From the NCBI GenBank assembly GCA_963737655.1, contig CAVTTN010000002.1, forward strand, positions 1,248,001-1,312,000: a stretch of DNA of 64,000 nucleotides. Direction: 5' to 3'. The notes under the pieces are model-generated. The model saw only the letters and a list, made by a program, of their open reading frames with translations. It ran no database searches and was not told the origin of the DNA. This document shows, piece by piece, positions 49,523 through 60,935 of the stretch. How positions within the stretch are numbered: position 1 is the first letter of the stretch; each line of letters begins with the position of its first letter. Source of the DNA: an uncultured Planctomycetota bacterium. Lineage in GTDB: Bacteria; Planctomycetota; Planctomycetia; Isosphaerales; Isosphaeraceae. A program made the translations under genes and the position numbers.

Positions 49523-51106
49523 TTACGGGGCACCCTTGAGGAACCTCGGGATGTCCAGCGCATCGACGTCCCTGGCCATCGACGGGCCGGGCTTGCGGTC
49601 GCCTCCGTGGTAGCGGTGGCATTCGGTGCAGGCGTGGCCGGCCCCTCCGACGGGCTGGCCCGAGGCGTCTCGGCCCGCCGGGGCGTGGCACGAGGCGCAC
49701 ACGTCCATCCTCGGCAGGAGGACGTCCGCGTTGGTCGTCGATCTCTCGAAGGCGTCCTCGTGGCACGACCGGCAGGAGACCGCCCGGTGCGCCGAGTGGT
49801 CGAAGTTCGCGTGCTCGAACCAGATCGTCGGCACGTAAGTCGGCTCGATCTGGACTCCGTCGAGAGACTGCGACAGGTCGGGCGAGGACTTGCGGCCGGC
49901 GGGGGTGTCGTAGCCGTGGCATTCGGTGCAGGTGTTGTGACCCGGTCCGAACAGGAGCTTCTCGGCCACGGCCACCCTCGCCGCGATCTCCTTCCTGGCC
50001 GAGACCTCGACGGCCGAGGACTTGCCCGGGAAGCCCCGGCGGCCGTCGTCGATCTTCCTGGCCAGGGCCGGGTCGCCCTCCAGGGTCAGGCCCAGCGAGA
50101 GGTTCGTCAGCGCCTCATGCAGGGCCGACGGTTGGAGGCGGTGAGGGACCGTCACGACCTTCGTGCCCTCGCCTTGGGGCATCGGCACGTTCAGCGCGTG
50201 GCAGGCCGCGCAATCGGCCTGATACGTGATCGGCTTGATATAGGCGCCGGTGCCGGCCAGCGGTTGATCGGCCAAAGCGAGCACGCCCGATCGGGACGAC
50301 GCCGAAGGCAGGGCGCCGTTGTCCAGCCGGTGGCACGAGGCGCATTCCAGTTGAACGGCGTCCTCGGGCTTCTTGCCCGGGGCGTACCGTTCCCTCGCCG
50401 TCGCCGACGTCAATTGCCCGGCCCGGAAGATCGGCGAGCCGCCCTGGACGGTGGTGAGGCCCGGGGCCATGTGCAAGGCGTGGTTGAACTTGAGCGTCCC
50501 GGGGTCGACCGCCGACTCCTTCCCCTGCCGGAACAGGGCGAAGGCCGGGTGATCGCCGGGGAACGAGGTCACCTTCGCCGCGAACGCGCTCTTTCCGGCC
50601 TTGGTGTGCGAGTCCAGCGCCTTGTGGCAGGAGGTGCAGTCCGAATCCTCCAGCTTCACCAGGGACGCCTCGCGCCCCCGGTGGTCGCGGTGGCAGCCGG
50701 CGCACGAGACGTCGCTCGGGTCGTTCGCCTGCTGGGCCTGGTGATGGATCTCGACCTGATGGCAGTCGAGGCACTTGAGGTCCGCGCCCTTCGTCGAGCC
50801 GCCGACGGCCTTCGTCCAGGAATCGTCGCTGATCGGATGGAAATCGACGTGGCATGCCTCGCACCGGGCGTCCCACGAGGCGTGGACGGCCGCCACCGGG
50901 CCGTGGGAGTAGCGCATCCGGGCCGAGTCGCTCTCGGCCAGGAGCCCGCGGCCGCCGGGCCTGAGCCCGCTGGCCCACCAGCCCAGGGCCGCGATCAGGG
51001 CGAGGAACGTCAGCGAGAGCTTCGCCCTCATCAGCCGGTCGGGCGTCTTGAAATAGTCCAGCGGGATTCGCGAGGCCCGCTGCTTGCCGGTCTGACGGTT
51101 CGCCAT
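49523..51106 (-). CDS. Membrane-anchored decaheme c-type cytochrome (cytochrome c3-like)
   Basis: N-terminal TM segment and ten CxxCH motifs: CEACH, CLDCH, CAGCH, CTSCH, CASCH, CAACH, CTECH, CRSCH, CASCH, CTECH. Confidence 0.92.
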   Translation of the reverse strand: MANRQTGKQRASRIPLDYFKTPDRLMRAKLSLTFLALIAALGWWASGLRPGGRGLLAESDSARMRYSHGPVAAVHASWDARCEACHVDFHPISDDSWTKAVGGSTKGADLKCLDCHQVEIHHQAQQANDPSDVSCAGCHRDHRGREASLVKLEDSDCTSCHKALDSHTKAGKSAFAAKVTSFPGDHPAFALFRQGKESAVDPGTLKFNHALHMAPGLTTVQGGSPIFRAGQLTSATARERYAPGKKPEDAVQLECASCHRLDNGALPSASSRSGVLALADQPLAGTGAYIKPITYQADCAACHALNVPMPQGEGTKVVTVPHRLQPSALHEALTNLSLGLTLEGDPALARKIDDGRRGFPGKSSAVEVSARKEIAARVAVAEKLLFGPGHNTCTECHGYDTPAGRKSSPDLSQSLDGVQIEPTYVPTIWFEHANFDHSAHRAVSCRSCHEDAFERSTTNADVLLPRMDVCASCHAPAGRDASGQPVGGAGHACTECHRYHGGDRKPGPSMARDVDALDIPRFLKGAP

Positions 51107-51134
51107 GAGCGGCCCTCGGACTGTCTCGATCCGG

Positions 51135-52112
51135 TCAGAGATAACGCAAGGCGACGACGATATGGACGAACATCAACGCGATCAGGGCCACCGACAGCGG
51201 CAGGTGGACGAGCAGCCAGTTGTGGAGCCAGAAGTGGAGCCGTTCCTGGCGGTCGAGCTGGCGGCGCTGCTCACACAGGCCCTCCATCGCGTCGATGGCC
51301 GGGTGGGCCCGGGGGTCCACCTTCGTCTTCAGGTCGGCGAACATGGCCGAGGCGCGGTCGGGGCGGCTCAGGGGCGAGCGCCCGAATCCTTCGTGATGCA
51401 GGAACGGCCCGGCCGTGGTCTCGAAGAACGATCGGAGGGCCTCGGAGTTGGCGATGGCCTCGCCGGCCGATCGCGTCTGGAGGACCTTGCCGCTGATCTT
51501 CCCCGCCGAGCGGACCGCGCCGACGACGAGATGGACCGTCCGGGGGTCGGCGTCGTCCTCGTCTTCCTCGGGGGTCGGCTTCCCGGGCACGGCCTCGGCC
51601 TTGCCGCAGGTGGCCTGGACCAGCCGGGTCGCTTCCTCGTGGTAGTGGCCGATGATCCGGGGGATCTGGGAGTGGATCGTCTCGGCCGGGATGTCCGCCA
51701 GCATGGTCTTCGGCAGGAGGTTCTGGAGCGCCAGGCCCCAGACCCCGCTGGCGATCACCACGAGGAACAATGCCATCAGGACCGTGCTGAGCGAGCCGCC
51801 CCACCGGAACCCGCTGTGGAGGACCAGGATCGGCAGGCTGAGCAGGCCGAGCCAGATGTGGGCCTTCATCCAGACCTTCACCCGCCCGAGCCGCCAGACC
51901 CTCAGCTTCTTCCTCGGCCAGAGGAGGAACTCGAACAGGCAGATCAGCCCGCCGATCACCCCGAAAGTGAACCCCGGCAGGCTCCCGCCGCCCAGGAAGC
52001 GAGACCGGGCGAGGCTCGCCACGGCGTACCAGAGCGTGGCGCCGAGGGTCGCCAGCGACGCGAATGCGAACCAGGCCCGATGGCCCTTCCAGTGCTCGGA
52101 ATCGATCAGCAT
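51135..52112 (-). CDS. Integral membrane protein, putative diheme cytochrome b (ferric-reductase-like TM domain)
   Basis: About 5 TM helices; two helices each carry H-x13-H (HIWLGLLSLPILVLH and HLPLSVALIALMFVH). Confidence 0.75.
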   Translation of the reverse strand: MLIDSEHWKGHRAWFAFASLATLGATLWYAVASLARSRFLGGGSLPGFTFGVIGGLICLFEFLLWPRKKLRVWRLGRVKVWMKAHIWLGLLSLPILVLHSGFRWGGSLSTVLMALFLVVIASGVWGLALQNLLPKTMLADIPAETIHSQIPRIIGHYHEEATRLVQATCGKAEAVPGKPTPEEDEDDADPRTVHLVVGAVRSAGKISGKVLQTRSAGEAIANSEALRSFFETTAGPFLHHEGFGRSPLSRPDRASAMFADLKTKVDPRAHPAIDAMEGLCEQRRQLDRQERLHFWLHNWLLVHLPLSVALIALMFVHIVVALRYL

Positions 52113-52321
52113 CGCCGGAAACGTCCCCCTCGGGGCGCCCTCGCCCCGTCATCGGGCCGTCGCGATCGGCAGGCCCCGCAGAACTCGCCCCCCGATCGTA
52201 GCGAAATTCCGGCGGAAGCCAACGGTTTACCCCCGGTTCCTTGATTTTCGGCCCGGAGGGGGGCATCTTCAGAGATATCGAACCGGCCGATGACGGCCGA
52301 GTCCCCGGGGAGGGTCCGGTC

Positions 52322-53749
52322 ATGAGGCGAGTCTCAACCGTCGGCGGCGCCCTGACCGGCGCCTCGGCCCTGGCCACGATCTGGCTGGTCTTCGGGCCGC
52401 GTCCCACCCCCGCGAGCCCTCCCCCGGTCGGACCGACGAACGCCCCGGTCGCCGCGGGCCCGAAATTCGTCCCCCGAGGGGCCGGCTCGTGCGCCGCCGC
52501 CGCCTGCCACGGCTCGGCCACGTCGCTACCGTCATTCTCGAACGTCTTCCGCAACGAGCACACTACCTGGATCACCCGAGACCCCCACTCGCGGGCCTAC
52601 GAAGTCCTCAGCGATGAGCGGTCGCTGTCGATCGCCCGGAACCTGGGCAACGGCCGACCGGGCGGCCGCGTGATTGCGCCGTCCGAAGACGCCCGCTGCC
52701 TGGCCTGCCACTCCACCCCTTCGGCGACGACCGCCGCCTTGGGCGACGCCGCGGACGTGATCCGTCGCGACGGCGTCGGGTGCGAGTCTTGCCACGGGCC
52801 CTCCAGCGGATGGCTCAGCGAGCACACCCGGGCCGATTTCGTGGGACTCTCCGGCGAGGTCAAGCACGACCAGTTCGGCCTGAACAACCTGAAAAACCCG
52901 ATCGTTCGCGCGAAGACCTGCACCGGCTGCCACGTCGGCGCCCCGGAGGGAGACGGCCTCCCCCTGCGAGACGTCAATCACGACCTGATCGCCGCCGGCC
53001 ACCCCCGGCTCGACTGGGAGTTCTCGGCCTACGTGGCGAACTACCCCAAGCACTGGACCACCGCGAACGACCCGCCGGACTGGGACGCCCGGCTCTGGAA
53101 GATCGGCCAGGTTGAGACCCTCCGCGCCGCGACCGACCTCCTCAACGCCCGGGCCGAGGCCGCCGAGGCCCACAAGGCCCCCTGGCCCGAATTCGCCGAA
53201 TATTCCTGCTACAGCTGCCACTTCGCCCTGAAGGACAAGCCGTTCAAGGTCGGCCTCGACCCGCAGACGCCCCCCGGGATGCCCGCCTGGGGCTCGTGGA
53301 CGACTCCTTTGATCCCGCCTCTCGCGAAGCTCTCCGCCGGACCCGCCCCATCGGCCGACGAGCGGCTGAATGACCTCCGAACCGTCATGAAGACCTTCGG
53401 CGCGGAGCCCAAGATCGCCGCCGAGAAGGCCCGATCGACCCGCGACGCCCTCTCGGCCTGGCTGGCGACCCTCCCGAACGCCCCGCTGACCGCCCCCGAG
53501 ATCAAGACGCTGATCGCCGCCCTCGACGCCAGGGACGCTGCCGGACGACTCGCGCTGGTCCACCGATGGGACTCGGCCGCGCAGGTCTATCTCGGCCTCG
53601 CCGCCCTGAATGTGTCGCTCCAGAAGCTCGACCCGAACGCCGTCGATCCCAAGCTCCGGGCCGAGCTGAAGGAACTCCTCGGAAAGCTCAGCTTCGCCAA
53701 GGGGTTCGACAGCCCCCGGGATTTCAACCCGTCGGCGCCGAACCGTTAG
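52322..53749 (+). CDS. Multiheme c-type cytochrome (c554-like N-terminal region), 4 CxxCH + 1 CX4CH
   Basis: N-terminal hydrophobic segment; CAAAACH, CLACH, CESCH, CTGCH, CYSCH. ATG at 52322 follows GGAGG. Confidence 0.88.
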   Translation: MRRVSTVGGALTGASALATIWLVFGPRPTPASPPPVGPTNAPVAAGPKFVPRGAGSCAAAACHGSATSLPSFSNVFRNEHTTWITRDPHSRAYEVLSDERSLSIARNLGNGRPGGRVIAPSEDARCLACHSTPSATTAALGDAADVIRRDGVGCESCHGPSSGWLSEHTRADFVGLSGEVKHDQFGLNNLKNPIVRAKTCTGCHVGAPEGDGLPLRDVNHDLIAAGHPRLDWEFSAYVANYPKHWTTANDPPDWDARLWKIGQVETLRAATDLLNARAEAAEAHKAPWPEFAEYSCYSCHFALKDKPFKVGLDPQTPPGMPAWGSWTTPLIPPLAKLSAGPAPSADERLNDLRTVMKTFGAEPKIAAEKARSTRDALSAWLATLPNAPLTAPEIKTLIAALDARDAAGRLALVHRWDSAAQVYLGLAALNVSLQKLDPNAVDPKLRAELKELLGKLSFAKGFDSPRDFNPSAPNR

Positions 53750-54062
53750 GCCGCCCCCCTCGATTCGGGAGGTCTCGGACGCCGGGGAGGAAGCCGGATG
53801 CTCGGCCAATCGCCGTGCCGGTCCTTCTTCATGAGGTCGGCGACGATCGCACGGAGATCGTCGTTGAACGACCGGCCTTGAAGATCGCGCCGCCCGGACT
53901 TCCTTCAAGACGTCATCCGCTCGGGGGCGGAAGCGAATTCAACGGTCGATTGGTGATGGGCCTGCTTGATGGATGAGCAATCCGACCGGACTCGGACCGA
54001 ACGGCGGCGCACGGTACACTGGGGGAAATCGCCGGACATCGTCACGAAGGGCAGTCGCACCG

Positions 54063-54647
54063 ATGGCCACCGTCGAACTGCTTCCGAACGAGGTCGGGCG
54101 CGTCGTCGAATCGTCGTTCCCGACCGAGGATTCGCTCTATGAGATCGTCGATGGCCTGCGGGTGGCGATCGCCCCGATGAGCGCTTATGCGGGCCTGGTC
54201 GCCTCGCGATTGGTCACCGAGCTCAACATCTCCGCCCGACCGGGGCGATTCGGCCAGGCCGCGGTGGAGACGCTTTTCCGCCTCCCCCTCCATGAGGACC
54301 GCTCCAGGAATCGGCGGCCGGATGTTGCCTTCGTGTCGGACGATCGTTGGCCCGTGGGGACGCCCATCCCCCTCCGGGACAACGCCTGGGACGTGGTCCC
54401 CGATCTCGCCGTCGAGGTCGTCAGCCCTCACGACCTGCTTGAGGAGGTCCTGGATCAGGTCGATGAGTACTTCCGGGCCGGGGTCCGGCTCGTGTGGGTC
54501 GTCCTGCCCGTCCATCGCCGGGTTTACGTCTACGAATCCCCTTCGAAACTTCACGTTCGGACCGACGCCGACGCCCTCGACGCGGAGGGCGTGCTCCCCG
54601 GGTTCCGCCTGCCCCTGGCGGGGCTGTTCGACCCTCCTGCCGCGTGA
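54063..54647 (+). CDS. Uma2/DUF820-family endonuclease-fold protein
   Basis: YEIVDG, RRPDVAFV, PDLAVEVVSP, YFRAGVRLVWVV, VLPGFRL. Confidence 0.9.
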   Translation: MATVELLPNEVGRVVESSFPTEDSLYEIVDGLRVAIAPMSAYAGLVASRLVTELNISARPGRFGQAAVETLFRLPLHEDRSRNRRPDVAFVSDDRWPVGTPIPLRDNAWDVVPDLAVEVVSPHDLLEEVLDQVDEYFRAGVRLVWVVLPVHRRVYVYESPSKLHVRTDADALDAEGVLPGFRLPLAGLFDPPAA

Positions 54648-54749
54648 TCCCCTCGGCCGGTACGGTCTTGGACGCCCCGGCGGTTCCCCTGTATCCTGGG
54701 GGCCGAGCGTCTCGCGACCGATCCGGGCCAGAACGAGGGGCAGCATGTC

Positions 54750-56483
54750 ATGGGCATCCCGACGATGATCGAAGCCTTGGGCGAGGACGCCTCGAAGGCC
54801 GTCCAGGCCGCCCTGGACGACTGGCAGGCCGGCAGCAAGGTCAAGAGGCTCTGGGACGGTGACGCTTCGCTCTGGTCGGGCGCCGACGAAGGCCAGTGGC
54901 TCGGCTGGCTCCACGTGATCGACGAGCCCGGCCGCACCGAGATGGTCAAGAACCTGCAGGCGATCGCCCAGGACGTCCATTCGCTCGGCGTGACCGACGC
55001 CCTGGTCATGGGGATGGGCGGGTCGAGCCTCTGCCCCGAAGTGTTGAAGATGACGTTCGGCCACATTCAGGGCTGGCCCAATCTCCACGTCCTGGATTCG
55101 ACCGTGCCGGCCCAGGTCGCCTCGTTCCGCGACTCGCTCGACCTGGCGAAGACGGTTTGCATCGTCTCGTCGAAGTCCGGCAGCACCACCGAGCCGAACG
55201 TCTTCCGCCAGTACTTCCAGGAGCAGGTCGGCGCCGCGATCGGAGCGGAGAAGGCCGGTTCCAGGTTCCTCGCCGTGACCGACCCGGGCACGAAGATGCA
55301 GGCCGTGGCCGAGCAGAACGAGTTCCGCACGATCGCCTTCGGCGTGCCGTCGATCGGCGGGCGGTTCTCGGCCCTGTCGAATTTCGGGATGGTCCCGGCG
55401 GCCGTGATGGGCCTCGACGTGGCGGATTTCCTCCGCCGGGCCGGCGAGATGGTCGTCGCCTGCGGCCCGAACACCTCGGCCGAGTCGAACCCGGGCGTCC
55501 GCCTCGGCGCGATCCTCGGCGTGATGGCCCGCGACTTCCACAAGGACAAGGTCACCCTGATCACCTCGCCTCCGATCGGAGACCTCGGCGCCTGGCTCGA
55601 ACAACTGCTCGCCGAATCGACCGGAAAGCAGGGCAAGGGCGTGGTCCCCGTCGACGGCGAGGCGATCGGGCCGCCTTCGGCGTACGGGAACGACCGCCTG
55701 TTCGTGTACTTGCGGCTCGAAGCCGCGCCCGATGCCTTGCAAGATGAGGCGGTCTCCGCCCTGGAGAATGCCGGCCATCCGGTGGTTCGCGTGCCGATCG
55801 AGGACCCGATGGACCTGGGCGCCGAGTTCTTCCGCTGGGAGTTCGCCACGGCGGTGGCCGGTTCGATCCTGGGGATCAACGCGTTCAATCAGCCGGACGT
55901 CGAGGCGAGCAAGATCAAGACCCGCGAGCTCTCGGCCGAGTACGCGAAGACGGGCAAGGTTCCCGACGAGGTCCCGGTCTCCGAGGGCGGCGGATTCAAG
56001 CTGTTCACCGACGAGAAGAACGCCGACGCCCTCGCCCGGGCCGCCGCCACGCCCGAGCCGGCCGATTACCTCCGGGCCCACCTCGCCCGGTTCGAGGTCG
56101 GCGATTATTTCGCCCTCACGGCCTATGTCCAGATGGACGCCGAGAACAAGGCGATCCTCGAAGAGATCCGCCACCTCGTGAGGGACGGGCGGCGAGTCGC
56201 GACGACGCTCGGGTTCGGGCCGAGGTTCCTGCACTCGACGGGCCAGCTCCACAAGGGGGGGCCGAACTCGGGCGTGTTCCTGCAAATCACCTCGGACGAC
56301 GCCTTCGACCTGGCGATCCCGGGCGAGGTCTACAGCTTCGGCCTGTTGAAGAGGTTCCAGGCGCAGGGGGATTTCGCCGTCCTGGTCGAGAGAAACCGCC
56401 GGGCCCTGCGCGTCCACCTCGGTCCCGACGTGCCGGAAGGGCTGCGGAAGCTCAAGGAGACCATCCGCGAAGCTCTCGGATGA
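54750..56483 (+). CDS. pgi: Glucose-6-phosphate isomerase-like SIS protein (PGI half of the Tal-Pgi type)
   Basis: WLGWL, GMGGSSL, SSKSGSTTEP, IGGRFSALS, EQLLAESTGKQG, NAFNQPDVEASK, GPRFLHSTGQLHKGGP. Confidence 0.85.
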   Translation: MGIPTMIEALGEDASKAVQAALDDWQAGSKVKRLWDGDASLWSGADEGQWLGWLHVIDEPGRTEMVKNLQAIAQDVHSLGVTDALVMGMGGSSLCPEVLKMTFGHIQGWPNLHVLDSTVPAQVASFRDSLDLAKTVCIVSSKSGSTTEPNVFRQYFQEQVGAAIGAEKAGSRFLAVTDPGTKMQAVAEQNEFRTIAFGVPSIGGRFSALSNFGMVPAAVMGLDVADFLRRAGEMVVACGPNTSAESNPGVRLGAILGVMARDFHKDKVTLITSPPIGDLGAWLEQLLAESTGKQGKGVVPVDGEAIGPPSAYGNDRLFVYLRLEAAPDALQDEAVSALENAGHPVVRVPIEDPMDLGAEFFRWEFATAVAGSILGINAFNQPDVEASKIKTRELSAEYAKTGKVPDEVPVSEGGGFKLFTDEKNADALARAAATPEPADYLRAHLARFEVGDYFALTAYVQMDAENKAILEEIRHLVRDGRRVATTLGFGPRFLHSTGQLHKGGPNSGVFLQITSDDAFDLAIPGEVYSFGLLKRFQAQGDFAVLVERNRRALRVHLGPDVPEGLRKLKETIREALG

Positions 56484-57019
56484 ACCGCCAAGACGCCAAG
56501 ATCGCCAAGGGAAGAGGAGAGGAGAACGCGTTTACTTCTGGGGGTTTCGATGAGCCTTTCCGAAAATCCTGCTCTCCGGACCGAGCCGGATGAAGAACTG
56601 GACGCCCTGGCCCATGCGGTCATCGGCGCGGCCATCGAAGTCCATCGGCATCTCGGTCCGGGCTACCTGGAGGGCGTTTACGAGGACGCCCTGGCTGTCG
56701 AATTCGGCCTGCGTGGCATCGTCTTCGAGCGGCAGAAACCGATCGCCGTCGAGTTCAAGGGGGTCCCCGTCGGTGAGGGTCGGCTCGATTTCCTCGTCGA
56801 AGAGCGTCTGATCGCCGAATTGAAGGCCGTCGAGGAACTGGCGCCGATCCACCGCGCCCAGGTCCTCTCCTATCTCCGAACGACCGGGCCGAGCCTCGGC
56901 CTGCTGATCAACTTCAACGTCACAACCCTGAGGAACGGGATCAAGCGAGTGATCCTCTCCTGATCCTCCTCTCCTCTTCTCTCGTCTTTCCTTGGCGCCC
57001 TTGGCGTCTTGGCGGTTCA
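56481..57019. mobile_element. GxxExxY cassette bounded by terminal inverted repeats (putative small mobile element)
   Basis: 56481-56510 TGAACCGCCAAGACGCCAAGATCGCCAAGG versus the reverse complement of 56990-57019: 28/30 identical. Inner gaagaggagaggag / ctcctctcctcttc tracts also match. Confidence 0.65.
56550..56963 (+). CDS. GxxExxY protein (PD-(D/E)XK nuclease fold)
   Basis: AIEVHRHLGPGYLEGVYE, RLDFLVE, ELKA, AQVLSYLR, GLLINF. Confidence 0.93.
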   Translation: MSLSENPALRTEPDEELDALAHAVIGAAIEVHRHLGPGYLEGVYEDALAVEFGLRGIVFERQKPIAVEFKGVPVGEGRLDFLVEERLIAELKAVEELAPIHRAQVLSYLRTTGPSLGLLINFNVTTLRNGIKRVILS

Positions 57020-57039
57020 CCTTTCCCGGACGATCCACG

Positions 57040-59120
<2,081 letters not shown>

Positions 59121-59124
<4 letters not shown>

Positions 59125-59528
59125 ACCCGCTCGGGACGATCCGCTCGAGGCCGGCCGGTCCCCGCCGATCGCGTCGCAAGACGGTCACGATCGGCGGGAT
59201 GCTCCTGATCGTCGCCCTGTCGGCGGCGGGGCTGAGGCTCCTCCGGGCGATCCTCCCTCTGACCGCATCCCAGGCCGCCCGGGTCGCCCGCGAGGAGGTC
59301 TCCCGGCGCGACCCGGCCTTCGCCGCCGACGCCCAGGTCGTCCAGGTCGCCCCCCGAGAGGAGACCGCCGGCAGGCCGTGGAACTGGGCCTACCGCTGGG
59401 AGGTCGTCCTGAGGGGCCGCGACGCCCCGACCGGGTACTTCGTCGAGATCGACGGCCGCGAAAACGTGAAGGTCGGCCTCGCCTACGACATCCGCCCCGG
59501 CCACTGGTCCTACGACGAGCCGCGATGA
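59121..59528 (+). CDS. Hypothetical membrane-anchored protein (~135 aa)
   Basis: ATGA overlap with the tkt stop; basic N-terminus followed by TM TIGGMLLIVALSAAGL; fills the gap before rpiA. Confidence 0.6.
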
Positions 59529-59559
59529 ACCCGAACCCGATCGAGAAACGGCACGACGC

Positions 59560-60231
59560 ATGAGCGCATCTCACCCCGCCCTCCAGTTCGTCGAGCCCGG
59601 CCAGGTGCTCGGGCTCGGCACCGGCCGATCGGCCGCCGCGTTCATCCGGGCCCTGGGCGATCGGGTCAAGGCGGGCCTGGACGTCCGCGGCGTCCCCACG
59701 TCGAAGGCCTCGGCCGAGCTCGCCCGGTCGCTGGGAATCCCCCTGGTTTCGCTCGACGACATCGACTCGATCGACGTCGCCCTCGACGGCGCCGACGAGG
59801 TCGACCCGGCCCTGAACCTCATCAAGGGCCGGGGCGGCGCGCTGGTCCGCGAGAAGATCGTCGCCGCGGCGGCCCGGCAATTCCTCGTGCTGGTGGGCGA
59901 GGAGAAGCTCGTCCCGGTCCTCGGGGCGAAGGGGGCCCTGCCGGTGGAGGTCGTCCCGTTCGCCCTCGGGTTCTGCCGGAGGAAGCTCGACGCCCTGGGC
60001 TGCCGGCCCTCGCCGAGGACCACGCCCGAGGGCGCCCCGTACATCTCCGACAACGGCAACCCGATCCTGGATTGCCACATCCACGAGCTGGCCGACCCCG
60101 CCGCCCTCGAACGGGCGATCCTCGCCCTGCCCGGGGTCGTGGACACCGGATTGTTCCTCGGGATGGCCTCGGCGGTGATCGTCGGCGATGATGAGACATC
60201 GGCGCGGGTCTTGCGGCGCCCGGGGACCTGA
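59560..60231 (+). CDS. rpiA: Ribose-5-phosphate isomerase A
   Basis: GLGTG, DGADEVD, LIKGRGGALVREK, SDNGN, PGVVDTGLF. Confidence 0.96.
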   Translation: MSASHPALQFVEPGQVLGLGTGRSAAAFIRALGDRVKAGLDVRGVPTSKASAELARSLGIPLVSLDDIDSIDVALDGADEVDPALNLIKGRGGALVREKIVAAAARQFLVLVGEEKLVPVLGAKGALPVEVVPFALGFCRRKLDALGCRPSPRTTPEGAPYISDNGNPILDCHIHELADPAALERAILALPGVVDTGLFLGMASAVIVGDDETSARVLRRPGT

Positions 60232-60255
60232 TCTCCCGTCCAGAAGGAGGATGTC

Positions 60256-60906
60256 ATGAGCCTCGGCACGGCCGTCGAAACCCGATCACCGATCGAATCC
60301 CAGGTCGTCCCCCCTCCGCCCGAATCCGGCGATGCGCCGTATGAGCTGACGGCCGACGAATTCCTCGCTCTCGTCGAAACCGGGGCATTCCGCGAGGGTT
60401 CCCGCATCTACCTCCGGGACGGCCGGATCTACGAGAAAATGGCGAAAACCATCCCCCATTCCCTGCTCGGCTCGATGATCGCCACCGCCCTGATCCGACG
60501 CCTCCCGCCGGGTTGGTTCGTGATCCCCGAGGGACAGTTCAAGGTCGATGACAGGAATTCCCGCCTGCCCGACATCGCCGTGGTCCGGGGGGCCCATCCC
60601 TTCGCCCTCCTCGAACCCGGCGCCTTTCCCGAGGCCAAAGACCTCGGCCTGATCGTCGAGATCTCCGTGACGAGCCTCGCGAAAAACCCGGGCCGGAACC
60701 TCGATCGCTATGCCCGGTCCGGTGTGCCGAGCTACTGGGTCATGGACTTCCCCGGCCGCCGCATCCTCGCCCATTCCGGGCCCCGGGCCGTCGAGGACCG
60801 GGGCGAGTATGAGCACGTCGCGGTCGTCGGGCCCGGCCGGATGATCCCCCTCGTCCTGGACGGCGTCGAGTCCGTCCGGTTCGCCTATGAAGAACTGATG
60901 CCCTGA
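60256..60906 (+). CDS. Uma2/DUF820-family protein
   Basis: [42 protein letters not shown] upstream. Confidence 0.85.
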   Translation: MSLGTAVETRSPIESQVVPPPPESGDAPYELTADEFLALVETGAFREGSRIYLRDGRIYEKMAKTIPHSLLGSMIATALIRRLPPGWFVIPEGQFKVDDRNSRLPDIAVVRGAHPFALLEPGAFPEAKDLGLIVEISVTSLAKNPGRNLDRYARSGVPSYWVMDFPGRRILAHSGPRAVEDRGEYEHVAVVGPGRMIPLVLDGVESVRFAYEELMP

Positions 60907-60935
60907 TCGGGATCAAAATCTCAGGAGATGCTGTC

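Noticed and set aside
52241..52269. Possible sigma70 promoter TTGATT-N17-CATCTT, or CRP/FNR site, in the divergent region
   Set aside because: Weak consensus match and no complete CRP/FNR palindrome.
56481..56510. CGCCAAG repeats as a CRISPR array
   Set aside because: Units are 7 bp with 1-2 nt gaps, there are no spacers or cas genes, and they are arranged as inverted arms.
56992..57039. Upstream extension of tkt (MAPLASWRF...) and similar ORF starts at 60921..61994 (-) and 62147
   Set aside because: These starts lie within the inverted-repeat arms; ATG 57040 and ATG 62186 fit the protein families better.
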